A stretch of DNA of 64,000 nt from Lachnospiraceae bacterium (GTDB taxonomy: Bacteria > Bacillota > Clostridia > Lachnospirales > Lachnospiraceae), in contig JALEKK010000036.1 in the NCBI GenBank assembly GCA_022769005.1, forward strand, positions 1-64,000, in the 5' to 3' direction. This document shows, piece by piece, positions 50,527 to 61,250 of this stretch (positions within the stretch are counted from its first letter, which is position 1; every line of letters begins with the position of its first letter). The notes below the pieces were generated by a model, which saw nothing but the letters and a program-made list of their open reading frames with translations, was not told the DNA's origin and made no database searches. The translations under genes were made by a program, and so were the position numbers.

Positions 50527-51072
50527 ATGGGATACGGAATAAGTTCCTCATCCGTATGGCTTCCGTGGTATGTTGACATAGCAATGTTTGCGACAGTATT
50601 TTACTATATAGGTTTTATATTCAAAAAATACAATATATTGAAATTACTTAATGAAAATAAAATATTTTACTTTCCGTTGGCTTTTGTATGGCTGTATATG
50701 ATTTTCAAAGGAAGCTTCGAATTGGCAATAAGAAATTATAATATATACGGATTGGGTGTTGTCGGAGCGGTTTCAGGTATTGTTATTGTATATTATATTG
50801 CTTCTTATGTTGCGAATAATTACGGCATTGTTTCGGTAAATATATTAAAGACAATCGGGAAATATACATTGTATATTCTTATTTTCCATAATCTGTTTGC
50901 GTCTTATATGAGAGAATTCCTGTATCCTTCTCTTAATACGGATACATTTTATTTTCTGACTTTCCATACCGTTGTGCAGGTTGCCGTCGGAGTGGGAGTC
51001 GGAATAATCTTTGATAAATTTATACTCAAACCGTTCAGAAACAATAAGAAGAGATATGAAGCGGCATATTGA
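50527..51072 (+). CDS. Hypothetical small polytopic membrane protein (181 aa; start uncertain, possibly a truncated acyltransferase-like fragment)
   Basis: The ORF is hydrophobic with about 5 TM segments. There is no clear RBS at the first ATG. Confidence 0.4.
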   Translation: MGYGISSSSVWLPWYVDIAMFATVFYYIGFIFKKYNILKLLNENKIFYFPLAFVWLYMIFKGSFELAIRNYNIYGLGVVGAVSGIVIVYYIASYVANNYGIVSVNILKTIGKYTLYILIFHNLFASYMREFLYPSLNTDTFYFLTFHTVVQVAVGVGVGIIFDKFILKPFRNNKKRYEAAY

Positions 51073-51109
51073 TATCCGATAACGTTTTATTTAGTATACG
51101 GGAGATGAA

Positions 51110-51778
51110 ATGTATAAGAAAATAGGTGTCTTGGGAGGAACATTTAATCCCATTCATTTAGGGCATATTGAACTGGCAAGGGCTGCATATGAAACATATA
51201 AACCGGATACGGTACTTCTTATGCCCACAGCACGTACATACTATAAAAAAGAAGATGATTTATTGGATGTATCGGTCAGAGCCGAGATGATTGACCTGTG
51301 TATAAAAGATTATAACAGGGATTTATGCGGCGGGATGTTTGATAAGAACAGCAGCAGAGATTTTATGCAGATATCAATGTTAGATGCCGAAAGAAAAGGA
51401 ATAACGTATACCGCAGACACAATAAGAGAATTAAAATTATTGTATGCCGGAGCTGAAATATATTTTATTATAGGTTCGGATTCTCTGATGTATCTTGAAA
51501 AATGGAGAAACGCGGATTATATACTTTCAAATGCAATATTTCTTGTTGGGCAGCGGGAAAATGATGATATTAGAACGATAAGCGACCATATTCGTATGCT
51601 GAAAAAAGAATTCAATGCGGATATAAGGTTAATGCCCATAACGGGATTTCCCATAAGCTCAACAAAAATCAGAAATGATATATGTGATAAAAAAAGCATA
51701 TCGCCGGGAATATTGTCAAAAAGCGTATATGAATTTATATTAGACAATAATCTGTATGTTTCTCAAGATCATCGTTAA
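51110..51778 (+). CDS. nadD: Nicotinate-nucleotide adenylyltransferase
   Basis: GVLGGTFNPIHLGHIELA matches the (H/T)xGH nucleotidyltransferase motif. Size is 222 aa. Confidence 0.9.
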   Translation: MYKKIGVLGGTFNPIHLGHIELARAAYETYKPDTVLLMPTARTYYKKEDDLLDVSVRAEMIDLCIKDYNRDLCGGMFDKNSSRDFMQISMLDAERKGITYTADTIRELKLLYAGAEIYFIIGSDSLMYLEKWRNADYILSNAIFLVGQRENDDIRTISDHIRMLKKEFNADIRLMPITGFPISSTKIRNDICDKKSISPGILSKSVYEFILDNNLYVSQDHR

Positions 51779-51866
51779 TAATTACATAAACAAAATGGAT
51801 TTTTATGTAATTAAAGGGTGATTTTTGTATAAAATTAAAAACACTTAAAAAGTTTTAAAAAAGTTC

Positions 51867-51895
51867 TTGCATTTATATTGCTTGTGATATATAGT
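51867..51895 (+). promoter_or_regulatory. Candidate promoter upstream of tRNA-Glu and the rimP-nusA-infB operon
   Basis: TTGCAT at 51867-51872, a 17-nt spacer, then TATAGT at 51890-51895. Confidence 0.4.
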
Positions 51896-51936
51896 AAATA
51901 GGCAGTCGCGTAGAGCATACAGATGCAGGAACATAA

Positions 51937-52008
51937 GGCTTGTTGGTCAAGGGGTTAAGACGTCGCCCTCTCACGGCGAAAACAGGGGTTCGATTCCCCT
52001 ACAAGCTA
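51937..52008 (+). tRNA. tRNA-Glu (anticodon CUC)
   Basis: The acceptor stem is GGCTTGT/ACAAGCT with a G-U at 1-72. The D-arm is TGGTCAAGGGGTTAAGAC. The anticodon stem TCGCC/GGCGA carries the loop CTCTCAC, giving CUC. The T-arm is AGGGGTTCGATTCCCCT. Length is 72 nt. Confidence 0.82.
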
Positions 52009-52030
52009 CTTAAAGTAAATAATCATGAAA

Positions 52031-52062
52031 GGAGTAAACCAATAAGCCGGTTTACTCCTTTT
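52031..52062 (+). terminator. Terminator/attenuator hairpin between tRNA-Glu and rimP
   Basis: ggagtaaacc-N8-ggtttactcc forms a perfect 10-bp stem followed by TTTTG. It lies only about 24 nt upstream of the rimP start. Confidence 0.65.
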
Positions 52063-52086
52063 GCGTTATACGGCAAAGGAGGTAAT

Positions 52087-52563
52087 ATGAGCAAAGTATC
52101 TTTATACGAAGAGAAAGCAGAAGAATATGCAGAGCCGCTTGCGGAAGAGATGGGGTTTGAACTCATCGATGTAGAATTTGTAAAAGAAGGAAGAGAAGAC
52201 TATTTAAGAATATATATCGACAAACCGGAAGGAGTTACCATTACGGATTGCGAAACATTCAGCCGTGCAATGAATGAAATCCTGGACAGGGAAGAATTTA
52301 TTGATATACCGTATATTTTTGAGGTGAGCTCACCGGGACTTACAAGACCTTTAAAAAAGGAGAAGGATTATGAGCGTTCAATAGGAAAGCTCGTAGATAT
52401 AAGCCTTTACAAGGCAGTCGATAAAATGAAAAATCTTACCGGTATACTGAAATCATATACCGAAAAAGAACTTGTCATAGAAGATGAAATATCTTCTGAA
52501 GAATTAACACTTGAAAGAAACAATATCGCAGGAATAAGACTTGCATATGTTGAAAAGAAATAA
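52087..52563 (+). CDS. rimP: Ribosome maturation factor RimP
   Basis: ATG 52087 follows aaaggagg. The N-terminus is EPLAEEMGFELIDVEFVKEGREDYLRIYID. The ORF track extension back to 51940 overlaps the tRNA and was rejected. Confidence 0.85.
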   Translation: MSKVSLYEEKAEEYAEPLAEEMGFELIDVEFVKEGREDYLRIYIDKPEGVTITDCETFSRAMNEILDREEFIDIPYIFEVSSPGLTRPLKKEKDYERSIGKLVDISLYKAVDKMKNLTGILKSYTEKELVIEDEISSEELTLERNNIAGIRLAYVEKK

Positions 52564-52595
52564 ACAATGCTTATTACATTTACATTAAGGAGATA

Positions 52596-53774
52596 ATGAT
52601 GGCAAAGGCACAGAGCGGCAAGGATAAAAAAAGCAAGGAGCAGGTATTACTTGAGGCGGTTGACGATCTCAATACATCAAGCGGAATCGACAAAGATGTG
52701 ATGTTTGATACTATTGAAAAGGCTCTTCTTGAAGAATACAAGTCACAATACGGAACCGATACCGACTGTATTATTAAAGTTGACAGAATTACGGGCGAAT
52801 TCCATATCTATGCTAAAAGAGTTGTTATACCTGATGATGAAATATACGAATATGCCGATGACGACAGATTGGAAACAATTTCCACAATGCTTTTGTCAGA
52901 AGCTCGTGAATACGTTCCGGAGGCTCAAGTAGGAGATGAAATTACAATAGAGCTTCCTACCGACAAATTTACAAGAACGGCATCTAAAAACGCAAAGAAT
53001 GCAATAGTTCAAAAGATAAGAGAAGAACAAAAGAATGCATTATATAATGAATTCAAAAATCAGGAAGGAACTCTTATTACAGGAACCGTTCAGAGAATAG
53101 ACGAGAGAGGAAACGTTCTTCTTGATATCGGCAAATCACAGACCAATTTAAGAAGAAGCGACCAGGTAAAGGGCGAAGAATATACCGTGGGAAGCAGAAT
53201 CCGCGTTGTGGTTGTAAGTGTGGACAACAAGGGTAAAGGCGGAATATATATAAAGGTTTCAAGAAGTACTCCGGAATTTGTCAAAGCGCTTTTCAGAGAA
53301 GAAGTAACGGAAATACAGGACGGCACCGTTGTTATTAAAAACATAGCAAGAGAAGCCGGTTCAAGAACCAAAATGGCTGTTTGTTCAACAAATGAGGATG
53401 TTGACGCCGTAGGTTCATGTGTGGGAAAAAACGGTGAAAGAGTTAAGAGAATAGTTTCGGAATTATGCGATGAGCAGATTGACGTAATAGAATGGAGCGA
53501 CAATTCCGTAAGGCTTATAAAGAATGCTTTAAGTCCGGCAAGAGTATTGGAAATCGAAGTCGATGAAGATGAAAGGAAAGCCAGAGTTATTGTTTCGGAC
53601 GATCAGCTTTCACTTGCAATCGGTAAAGCGGGTCAGAATGTAAGACTTGCGGCTAAGCTTACAAATTACGGCATAGACATTAAGAGTGAATCACAGATTA
53701 ATAACGAAGCTGAATTTGACACAGAGGAAGAGCCGGATAATACAGATTACGAATCTGATGCAAATGAAGAATAA
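52596..53774 (+). CDS. nusA: Transcription termination/antitermination factor NusA
   Basis: It has a NusA N-domain, an S1 domain and two KH domains (GxxG), with an acidic C-terminus. Size is 392 aa. Confidence 0.95.
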   Translation: MMAKAQSGKDKKSKEQVLLEAVDDLNTSSGIDKDVMFDTIEKALLEEYKSQYGTDTDCIIKVDRITGEFHIYAKRVVIPDDEIYEYADDDRLETISTMLLSEAREYVPEAQVGDEITIELPTDKFTRTASKNAKNAIVQKIREEQKNALYNEFKNQEGTLITGTVQRIDERGNVLLDIGKSQTNLRRSDQVKGEEYTVGSRIRVVVVSVDNKGKGGIYIKVSRSTPEFVKALFREEVTEIQDGTVVIKNIAREAGSRTKMAVCSTNEDVDAVGSCVGKNGERVKRIVSELCDEQIDVIEWSDNSVRLIKNALSPARVLEIEVDEDERKARVIVSDDQLSLAIGKAGQNVRLAAKLTNYGIDIKSESQINNEAEFDTEEEPDNTDYESDANEE

Positions 53775-53798
53775 TTAATAAATATTGCGGAGTTTTCC

Positions 53799-54062
53799 AT
53801 GACAGAGAAGAAAATAAAACAAAGAATATGCATAAGCTGTTCCGAAAAAAAGGATAAGGCTGATTTATTCAGAGTGGTGAAGACACCGGACGGAGAACTG
53901 GTTATAGACGATACGGGGAAAGTAAACGGTCATGGCGCCTACATTTGCAGGAACAGTCAGTGTATAAAAAATGCATTGGAAAAAAAGCGATTTGACAGAG
54001 CCTTTAAGATGCATGTTAATATCCCGGATGAAATTAAAGACAGACTTCTCAACATGGAGTAA
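53799..54062 (+). CDS. ylxR: YlxR/RnpM family RNA-binding protein (DUF448)
   Basis: 87 aa with RICISCSEKKDK...GHGAYICRNSQC. It is at the conserved position after nusA. Confidence 0.8.
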   Translation: MTEKKIKQRICISCSEKKDKADLFRVVKTPDGELVIDDTGKVNGHGAYICRNSQCIKNALEKKRFDRAFKMHVNIPDEIKDRLLNME

Positions 54063-54092
54063 AGAGCTGTTTATACGGAAGAGGTGATACGA

Positions 54093-54437
54093 ATGAAGGC
54101 GGACGGTCTACCGAAAAAAGTAAAAACCGTCAAGTCAATACTTGGAATATGCGCAAAAGCCGGAAGGCTTTCAAGCGGTGAGGATACGTGTATAAGAGAT
54201 ATACAATCCGGTAAAGCATATGCAATATTGCTTGCAAATGATGTTTCGGAAAATACTGATAAATTATTTACCAACAAATGTGAATATTACGGCGTTCCGT
54301 TAATTAAAGTAAAAGAAAATAAAGAAGAACTCGGTGCAATAATAGGTAAATCATACAGATCGGCAGTGTCTGTGCTTGATTCGGGTTTTGCCAAAGCAAT
54401 TATGGATATTCAAGGTGAACAGGGAGGGATTAGATGA
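54093..54437 (+). CDS. ylxQ: Ribosomal L7Ae-family protein YlxQ
   Basis: About 114 aa with GICAKAGRLSSGED...AYAILLANDVSENT, which is L7Ae-like. It sits between ylxR and infB. Confidence 0.8.
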   Translation: MKADGLPKKVKTVKSILGICAKAGRLSSGEDTCIRDIQSGKAYAILLANDVSENTDKLFTNKCEYYGVPLIKVKENKEELGAIIGKSYRSAVSVLDSGFAKAIMDIQGEQGGIR

Positions 54438-56953
54438 GAGTACATGAAATCGCAAAGGAATTAAACATCCCGTCAAAGGAAATATGTGCATACTTAAGTA
54501 CAGAGAGCAAGAATTTTACTAATTTCAGCGGTCTTACCGATGATGAAGTAAAAAGAGTGCGCAGTAAATTTGGATCAGCCTCCAAATCACAGACAAATGA
54601 AAACAATGAAAATGTAAAAAAGGATAATAAAAAAACTGATTCTAACAACAGTAAGCAGAGAAATAATAAGACAGAAATGAATATATCCGAAGACAGAGAA
54701 AAAAAATACAGAAATAACGCCGATAACAAACACAGAGAAAAGGTATCGGGCACAGATCGTTCAAATAACGCTGACGGTAAAAATGTATCGGGAGAAAAGA
54801 AGAACGGTTACAATCACAATAATAAAAAATTCGGAACAAGACCCGATAACAGAAACAAACCGGAAAACAGAAACGGCGAAGGCAGGGACAGAGACGGTCA
54901 GAGAGATAACAGAAATAACGGTGATTTCAGAAGAAACAGCGGAGATAAAAAATTCGGAGACAGAAATCAAAACGGTAAGTTTGACTCCAACAGAAACGGA
55001 ATCGGAAAGAACAACGACAGAAAGCCGGCTCCTTCAGATGATTTAGTTTCAAAAAACGGAAAAAATGTTTCAAGAAAACATAACAACAATAATACAAAAT
55101 TCTCCAAAGATAAGGAAAAAAACAAAGGAAAGAACAGAGAAAACGATATTGCCGCATTGGATATTAAACCTAAGAAGGAGAAAAAGGAAGAAGTTATTAA
55201 GACAATAGTGCTTCCTGACGTGGTTACGGTTAAAGAGCTTGCGGAAAAGTTGAAGCTTCAGCCGGCGGCACTCATTAAAAAATTATTCTTACAGGGCAAG
55301 GTCGTTACCATCAATGATGAACTTGATTATGATTCAGCGGAAGAAATAGCCGTTGAATATAACGTTTTATGTGAACATGAAGTTAAGGTGGACGTAATTG
55401 CCGAACTTTTAAAAGAAAATGATGAAGATGATGAAAGCAAGCTTACTCCACGTCCTCCTGTAGTAGCCGTAATGGGACATGTTGACCACGGTAAGACATC
55501 ACTTCTTGATGCAATTAAGAATTCACACGTTACTGATAAGGAAGCCGGAGGTATCACTCAGAAAATCGGTGCATATCAGGTTAAAACTCAGGGCGGAGAT
55601 CTTATTACATTCCTTGACACACCGGGACATGAAGCGTTTACGGCAATGAGAATGAGAGGCGCGGAAGCCACTGATATAGCAATTCTTGTTGTAGCGGCGG
55701 ATGACGGCGTAATGCCTCAGACTGTTGAAGCCATAAACCACGCAAAAGCGGCAGGTGTTGAAATAATTGTTGCCGTTAATAAGATTGATAAGCCTACTGC
55801 AAATATTGAAAGAGTAAAGCAGGAACTTATGGAGTATGAACTTATTCCTGAGGAATGGGGCGGCACAACCATTTTCTGTCCTGTTTCGGCACGTACGGGA
55901 GAGGGCATTGACGACCTTCTTGAAATGATTATGCTTACGGCAGATGTTTTAGAGCTTAAAGCCAACAAAAAGAGAATGGCAAGAGGTATTGTTATTGAGG
56001 CTGAGCTTGACAAGGGCAGAGGAGTTGTTGCTTCAATTCTTGTACAAAAGGGTACTCTTCATGTGGGAGATTCCGTTGCAGCCGGATCAAGTCACGGCAA
56101 AATCAGAGCTATGATTAATGACAAGGATAAGAGCGTTAAGGAGGCGGGACCGTCTGTTCCTGTTGAGATTCTCGGTCTTAACGAAGTCCCTAACGCAGGT
56201 GAAATTATCATGGCGTTCGGAAATGAAAAAGAAGCAAGAAACTTTGCGGATACATTTATTTCCGAAGAGAAGAAGAAAATGGTTGATGAATCTAAGCACA
56301 GAGTAACTCTTGATGATTTATTCGATCAGATAAAGGCCGGAACGGTTAAAGAACTCAATCTTATTATCAAGGCTGATGTACAGGGCTCCGTAGAGGCCAT
56401 TAAGACAAGTCTTGAAAAGCTGTCAAATGAAGAAGTTGCCGTTAAGATAATACACAGCGGTGTCGGAAACATAAGTGAATCGGATGTTATTCTTGCTTCC
56501 GCATCCAATGCAATCATTATCGGATTCGGTGTTAAGCTTGACAATCAGGCTAAGGCTACGGCAGATAACGAAGACGTGGATATCAGATTCTACAGCGTAA
56601 TCTATCATGCCATTAACGACATTGAAGCGGCTCTTCACGGTATGCTTGAGCCTATTTTCGAAAAACAGGAAATAGGAAGAGCCGAAATCAGACAGATATT
56701 CAAAGCTTCGGGAGTCGGTAATATTGCAGGCTCAATCGTTACGGAAGGAAAGCTTAAGGCAAAGGCACTTTGCACAATCCTTCGTGACGGAAAGGTTATT
56801 TATGACGGAAAAATAGCTTCGCTTAAGAGATTTAAAGATGAAGTTAAAGAAGTTAAGGGCGGATATGAGTGCGGTCTTGTATTTGAGGAATTCGGAGATA
56901 TACAAGAGGGCGACATTGTGGTAGCTTCTGAAATGGTTGAGATACCAAGATAA
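54434..56953 (+). CDS. infB: Translation initiation factor IF-2
   Basis: It has an N-terminal low-complexity basic/acidic region. The G-domain has [20 protein letters not shown] and NKIDK. Size is 839 aa. Confidence 0.97.
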   Translation: MRVHEIAKELNIPSKEICAYLSTESKNFTNFSGLTDDEVKRVRSKFGSASKSQTNENNENVKKDNKKTDSNNSKQRNNKTEMNISEDREKKYRNNADNKHREKVSGTDRSNNADGKNVSGEKKNGYNHNNKKFGTRPDNRNKPENRNGEGRDRDGQRDNRNNGDFRRNSGDKKFGDRNQNGKFDSNRNGIGKNNDRKPAPSDDLVSKNGKNVSRKHNNNNTKFSKDKEKNKGKNRENDIAALDIKPKKEKKEEVIKTIVLPDVVTVKELAEKLKLQPAALIKKLFLQGKVVTINDELDYDSAEEIAVEYNVLCEHEVKVDVIAELLKENDEDDESKLTPRPPVVAVMGHVDHGKTSLLDAIKNSHVTDKEAGGITQKIGAYQVKTQGGDLITFLDTPGHEAFTAMRMRGAEATDIAILVVAADDGVMPQTVEAINHAKAAGVEIIVAVNKIDKPTANIERVKQELMEYELIPEEWGGTTIFCPVSARTGEGIDDLLEMIMLTADVLELKANKKRMARGIVIEAELDKGRGVVASILVQKGTLHVGDSVAAGSSHGKIRAMINDKDKSVKEAGPSVPVEILGLNEVPNAGEIIMAFGNEKEARNFADTFISEEKKKMVDESKHRVTLDDLFDQIKAGTVKELNLIIKADVQGSVEAIKTSLEKLSNEEVAVKIIHSGVGNISESDVILASASNAIIIGFGVKLDNQAKATADNEDVDIRFYSVIYHAINDIEAALHGMLEPIFEKQEIGRAEIRQIFKASGVGNIAGSIVTEGKLKAKALCTILRDGKVIYDGKIASLKRFKDEVKEVKGGYECGLVFEEFGDIQEGDIVVASEMVEIPR

Positions 56954-56985
56954 TAAAATTTGTGATACAATAACATCAATTAAAA

Positions 56986-57017
56986 AGGCTTTATCTAAAC
57001 AGATAAAGCCTTTTTTG
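56986..57017 (+). terminator. Rho-independent terminator after infB
   Basis: ggctttatct-aaac-agataaagcc followed by TTTTTT. Confidence 0.8.
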
Positions 57018-57061
57018 AGTAATCAAACTAATATGAATATGCTATTCTGACAGGTGAATAA

Positions 57062-57451
57062 ATGAGAAAAAACAGTATAAAGAATATAAGAATAAACAAT
57101 GAAGTCCGTAAGGAACTCAGCAATATAATCAGCAATGAGGTAAAAGATCCGAGAATAAGCGGTCTTACAAGTGTTACGGACGTATATGTTGCGCCTGATT
57201 TAAAGACATGTAAAGCGTATATAAGCGTTTTGGGCGATAATAACGCTTTAAATGAAACAATTGACGGTTTAAACAGCGCGAAGGCATTTATCAGAACAAG
57301 AATTGCAAAAACGATTAACTTAAGAAATACGCCGGAGATTGAATTTATACCCGATGACTCAATTGAATACGGTGTAAGAATGTCTAAGCTTATTGACGAT
57401 GTAAAAAAGGAATCTGAATCAGTAAATGATGAATCCGAAAAAGACGAATAA
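57062..57451 (+). CDS. rbfA: Ribosome-binding factor A
   Basis: 129 aa with RINNEVRKELSNIISNEVKDPRI and a KH-like fold signature. Confidence 0.9.
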   Translation: MRKNSIKNIRINNEVRKELSNIISNEVKDPRISGLTSVTDVYVAPDLKTCKAYISVLGDNNALNETIDGLNSAKAFIRTRIAKTINLRNTPEIEFIPDDSIEYGVRMSKLIDDVKKESESVNDESEKDE

Positions 57452-57481
57452 TATATTTCGTTTCGGATTAGAAAGGTTACC

Positions 57482-58438
57482 ATGATAAAAATCGATAATA
57501 TTATTAATGAACATAACGTTAAAAGTGTCGGAATAACCGGTCATATTAATCCCGACGGTGATTGCATCGGATCGGTTTTGGCATTGTATAATTATATATC
57601 TTATAACTATCCTGATATAAGGGTTGTGCCGTATTTGACCGGGAAACCGGGAGAATTTTCATATTTAAACGGATTTGACAGTATAATAACCGAAGACGAC
57701 GGAAGCAGTCCGGATATGTTTGTTGTGCTGGACTGTTCCGTAAAGGAGAGAATTAAGCCCTTTGTCAGACTGTTTGACGGCGCATCCGTGACGGTAAATA
57801 TCGATCATCATATACCTACGGGAGAGCCGTTTGCGACTTACAGCCATATAGACGACACTGCACCGTCTGTATGTGAAGTTCTCTACGGAGCTTTGGATAA
57901 CGCAAAGTTCAATAAAGAAACGGCTGAATGTCTGTATACCGGATTGGTCACGGATACCGGCGTTTTCAAGTATGCAGCAACAAGACAAAAAACGATGGAA
58001 ATTGCCGGAGAGCTTATAAATTACGGATTTGATTTCAGTGAAATTATAGACGGTGTGTTCTATGAAAGAACATTTACTCAGACCAAAGCGCTTGCAAAGG
58101 CCATAGAGAATACGCAGCTGCTCTTTAACGGATCTGCGGCATATTCATATGTAAGCGTCGAAGACATGGAATCCGCAGGCGTAAAGGCATCGGATTTGGG
58201 AGGCATAGTAGAACAACTCAGATTAATAAAGGGAGTTGAAGTTGCCGTATTTATTTATCCCGTACAGGACGGAATGAATAAAGTAAGCATGAGGTCAAAA
58301 AAATATGCGGATGTAAGTAAATATGCCATAAGTAAGGGCGGCGGCGGACATATGCGTGCAGCCGGATTCTCAACATTTGACGGCATTAATAAGATTAAAC
58401 AGGACATAGAGGCATATTTGGAAAAAGAGTTATCGTAA
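57482..58438 (+). CDS. nrnA: DHH-family phosphoesterase NrnA (oligoribonuclease / pAp phosphatase)
   Basis: DHH motif I is GHINPDGDCIGS. A DHHA1 C-terminal GGGH motif is present (GGGGHMRAAG). Confidence 0.8.
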   Translation: MIKIDNIINEHNVKSVGITGHINPDGDCIGSVLALYNYISYNYPDIRVVPYLTGKPGEFSYLNGFDSIITEDDGSSPDMFVVLDCSVKERIKPFVRLFDGASVTVNIDHHIPTGEPFATYSHIDDTAPSVCEVLYGALDNAKFNKETAECLYTGLVTDTGVFKYAATRQKTMEIAGELINYGFDFSEIIDGVFYERTFTQTKALAKAIENTQLLFNGSAAYSYVSVEDMESAGVKASDLGGIVEQLRLIKGVEVAVFIYPVQDGMNKVSMRSKKYADVSKYAISKGGGGHMRAAGFSTFDGINKIKQDIEAYLEKELS

Positions 58439-58455
58439 AGTAAAAGAGGTACAAT

Positions 58456-59478
58456 GTGACGGACGGAATAATACCGATATATAAAGAAAAGGGATTTACT
58501 TCATTTGATGTATGTGCCAAAGTAAGAGGTATTATTCATCAGAAAAAAGTAGGACATACGGGGACTTTAGATCCGATGGCGGAAGGCGTACTTCCCATAT
58601 GCGTAGGTTCATCTACGAAATTAAGCGATTATATTGCGGGAAGCAAAAAAGAATATATTGCAGAATTTATACTGGGATTCGCCACCGATACGCTTGATGT
58701 AACGGGAACGGTAACTGACAAAGATGTTAACCTGCTTTGCGGGGGATATAATAAATCCGATATGAAATCACCGGAATTGTCGGACGGCATCGTGTCGGAA
58801 AAAGTATTATCCGAATTCAGGGGTGACATAGAGCAGATTCCTCCCATGTATTCCGCAATAAGACATAACGGAAAGCATCTCTATGAACTTGCACGGGAGG
58901 GAAAGACGGTAGAAAGAAAGCCGAGAACCATAAAAATATATGATATCGAATTGTTGGGCAAAGAATTGATTTCAATGTATGATGCGGAAAATATATCGGA
59001 AAATGTTCGCGAGACAATCGGAAACGTAATCGTTGAAAAATATTGTATAAGAGTTGAATGCTCAAAAGGAACTTATATAAGAACACTTATTGACGATTTG
59101 GGACGGGCTTTAGGTTCATATGCCTGTATGAGCAAGCTGACAAGGACATTTACCGGCAATATCGATATATCCGAGACAATAAAGCTTTCGGAATTGGAAA
59201 AAATTTTTAAGGACGGAAACATTGATTCCGTATTAATAAAACCGGAAGTTCCGTTTTCGGATTTGGGAAAAGTAATTATAGAAGAAGAGTATTCAAAATT
59301 ACTCTACAACGGCAACAAGATTGCCGAGTATATGATAAAAGAAAGTGATTTTGATTCTTTTGAGAATATAAGTACGGCAAGGGTGTATGATTCTTGCGGA
59401 AAATTCATGGGAATATACGAAAGAAAGGATGATGTTCTCAGAATAAAAGTATTTTTGTATGACGGCAGCAGGGTGTGA
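58456..59478 (+). CDS. truB: tRNA pseudouridine(55) synthase TruB
   Basis: The catalytic motif is GHTGTLDPMAEGVL. GTG start. It has a C-terminal PUA-like extension. Confidence 0.9.
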   Translation: MTDGIIPIYKEKGFTSFDVCAKVRGIIHQKKVGHTGTLDPMAEGVLPICVGSSTKLSDYIAGSKKEYIAEFILGFATDTLDVTGTVTDKDVNLLCGGYNKSDMKSPELSDGIVSEKVLSEFRGDIEQIPPMYSAIRHNGKHLYELAREGKTVERKPRTIKIYDIELLGKELISMYDAENISENVRETIGNVIVEKYCIRVECSKGTYIRTLIDDLGRALGSYACMSKLTRTFTGNIDISETIKLSELEKIFKDGNIDSVLIKPEVPFSDLGKVIIEEEYSKLLYNGNKIAEYMIKESDFDSFENISTARVYDSCGKFMGIYERKDDVLRIKVFLYDGSRV

Positions 59479-59479
59479 T

Positions 59480-60424
59480 ATGTTAGTAGTAGACAGTTTA
59501 TCGGAATTTAAGAAAATTTGCGTTGAACCGACGGCTTTGACTCTCGGGAAGTTTGACGGTTTTCATATAGAGCATTGCAGACTTGTGGACAAAACGGTTG
59601 AGCTTGCAAAGCAAAACAATTTAAAAAGTGTTGTAATCACATTTATCGATATGCCGAGCTCTTTATCAAAAACAACAAAATACCTCATGACAAAAGAAGA
59701 AAAACGAATGTTTTTAAAGGACAGGGGAGTCGATATTCTTATAGAATGTCATTTTACGGACGAGCTCATGCATTTGTCGCCTGAAGATTTTGTAAAGGGT
59801 ATTTTGACTGAGTCCCTTCATATGAAATATATTTGCATAGGAGAAAATTTTACTTTCGGATATAAGGGAATCGGCGATATTGGATTGCTTACGGAACTCT
59901 CAAAAAAATATAATTACGGCGTACATATAGAGCCGACATATATTTTAAAAGGCAACGTACTCAGTTCCACATCCATAAGAGAAAATTTGAAATCAGGGAA
60001 TATGAAGACGGTAAGGGAAATGCTGGGGCATGACTATTCATTGTTCGGCAGGGTTGCAAAAGGCAACAGACTCGGACATAAAATCGGAATTCCCACACTC
60101 AATCTTTATCCTGCGGCTTATAAGGCGCTTCCTCCTTTCGGCGTTTATGCCACAAGAGTACACATAGGAAACAATATATACGATGCGGTAACCAATATCG
60201 GAATTCGACCGACGGTGGAGAATATGGGTGATGTTAACATCGGAGCCGTAAGCGTTGAGAGTAATATTTTGGATGAGTCATTTGACAGAGAACTTTACGG
60301 CACGGATATTAAAGTAGATGTAATCGAAATGATACGACCTGAAGAGAAGTTTGACTCTTTGGAAGAATTAAAGGACGCAATAGCGAATGACACAATAAGA
60401 GCAAAAGAAATATTGGACGAGTAA
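59480..60424 (+). CDS. ribF: Bifunctional riboflavin kinase / FMN adenylyltransferase
   Basis: The FAD synthetase N-domain has GKFDGFHIEH. The riboflavin kinase C-domain has PTLNL...E-rich. ATG 59480 lies just after the truB stop. An alternative ATG 59459 overlaps truB. Confidence 0.85.
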   Translation: MLVVDSLSEFKKICVEPTALTLGKFDGFHIEHCRLVDKTVELAKQNNLKSVVITFIDMPSSLSKTTKYLMTKEEKRMFLKDRGVDILIECHFTDELMHLSPEDFVKGILTESLHMKYICIGENFTFGYKGIGDIGLLTELSKKYNYGVHIEPTYILKGNVLSSTSIRENLKSGNMKTVREMLGHDYSLFGRVAKGNRLGHKIGIPTLNLYPAAYKALPPFGVYATRVHIGNNIYDAVTNIGIRPTVENMGDVNIGAVSVESNILDESFDRELYGTDIKVDVIEMIRPEEKFDSLEELKDAIANDTIRAKEILDE

Positions 60425-60505
60425 TTTTCACTCGAAAACAGCATTACGAAATATTTTTGTCAAAATATATCAGAAAAAAACGGAGGTAATATTGAAAAAA
60501 GTGCG

Positions 60506-61018
60506 ATGAATTATTTAAAGAAAATGTTGACGAAAGAAAGGTCTACATTAAAGGCGAGTTTACATGACAGTATATTTGGATTTATAGGAGGCTTTTCCGC
60601 TGTATTTATTCTGCTGATATTGTCGCATATAAGTTCCTCGCCGTGGATTGCCGCACCGTTCGGCGCAAGTTGTGTGCTTGCCTTTGCCGCGCCGGCGGCA
60701 CCTCTGTCACAGCCGAGAAATATAATAGGAGGACATGTTCTTACAACTACGATAGGAATATTGTTTAGAACACTGTTCGGCAATTCAGTTATTGTAACGG
60801 CTTTGTGTGTGGGGACCGCCATAGGAATAATGGTTTTGACAAAAACAACGCATCCTCCGGCGGGAGCGGATCCGTTGGTTGTAATGTTAAATCCGACACC
60901 TTTGGGATGGTCATACATATTTATGCCCATACTTGTCGGCTCGGTTGTAATTGTAATTTTAGCTCTTATAATCAACAATTTATCGCACAGAAGGTCATAT
61001 CCTAAATTTTGGTTCTGA
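60506..61018 (+). CDS. HPP-family membrane protein
   Basis: 170 aa with four TM segments and a literal HPPAGA motif (TKTTHPPAGADPLV), which is characteristic of the HPP family. Confidence 0.75.
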   Translation: MNYLKKMLTKERSTLKASLHDSIFGFIGGFSAVFILLILSHISSSPWIAAPFGASCVLAFAAPAAPLSQPRNIIGGHVLTTTIGILFRTLFGNSVIVTALCVGTAIGIMVLTKTTHPPAGADPLVVMLNPTPLGWSYIFMPILVGSVVIVILALIINNLSHRRSYPKFWF

Positions 61019-61250
61019 AAATCAGATGATAAATCTTATTACTGTATAAACACAATATAAATAAAAAGACATAACGACTGTCACTGCATACTGATTTCAG
61101 ATTTTATTATTAAATAATATTAATATACGCTATTGAAATATATATATTTATATGATAAACTCGTGAAGTTGTTTATAACCGATATTCAGCATTAGGATTT
61201 ATCCACCTGTGCTTAATATCAGGTGTTACAAGAATAAATGGAGGATTATT

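Noticed and set aside
51940-52086. ORF-track start of rimP at 51940
   Set aside because: It would run through tRNA-Glu and a terminator hairpin. ATG 52087 has a consensus RBS and gives a normal-length RimP.
53090-53503. 137-aa minus-strand ORF inside nusA, and similar antisense ORFs inside dnaK, ileS, infB and tkt
   Set aside because: They overlap well-supported conserved genes on the opposite strand and are judged spurious.
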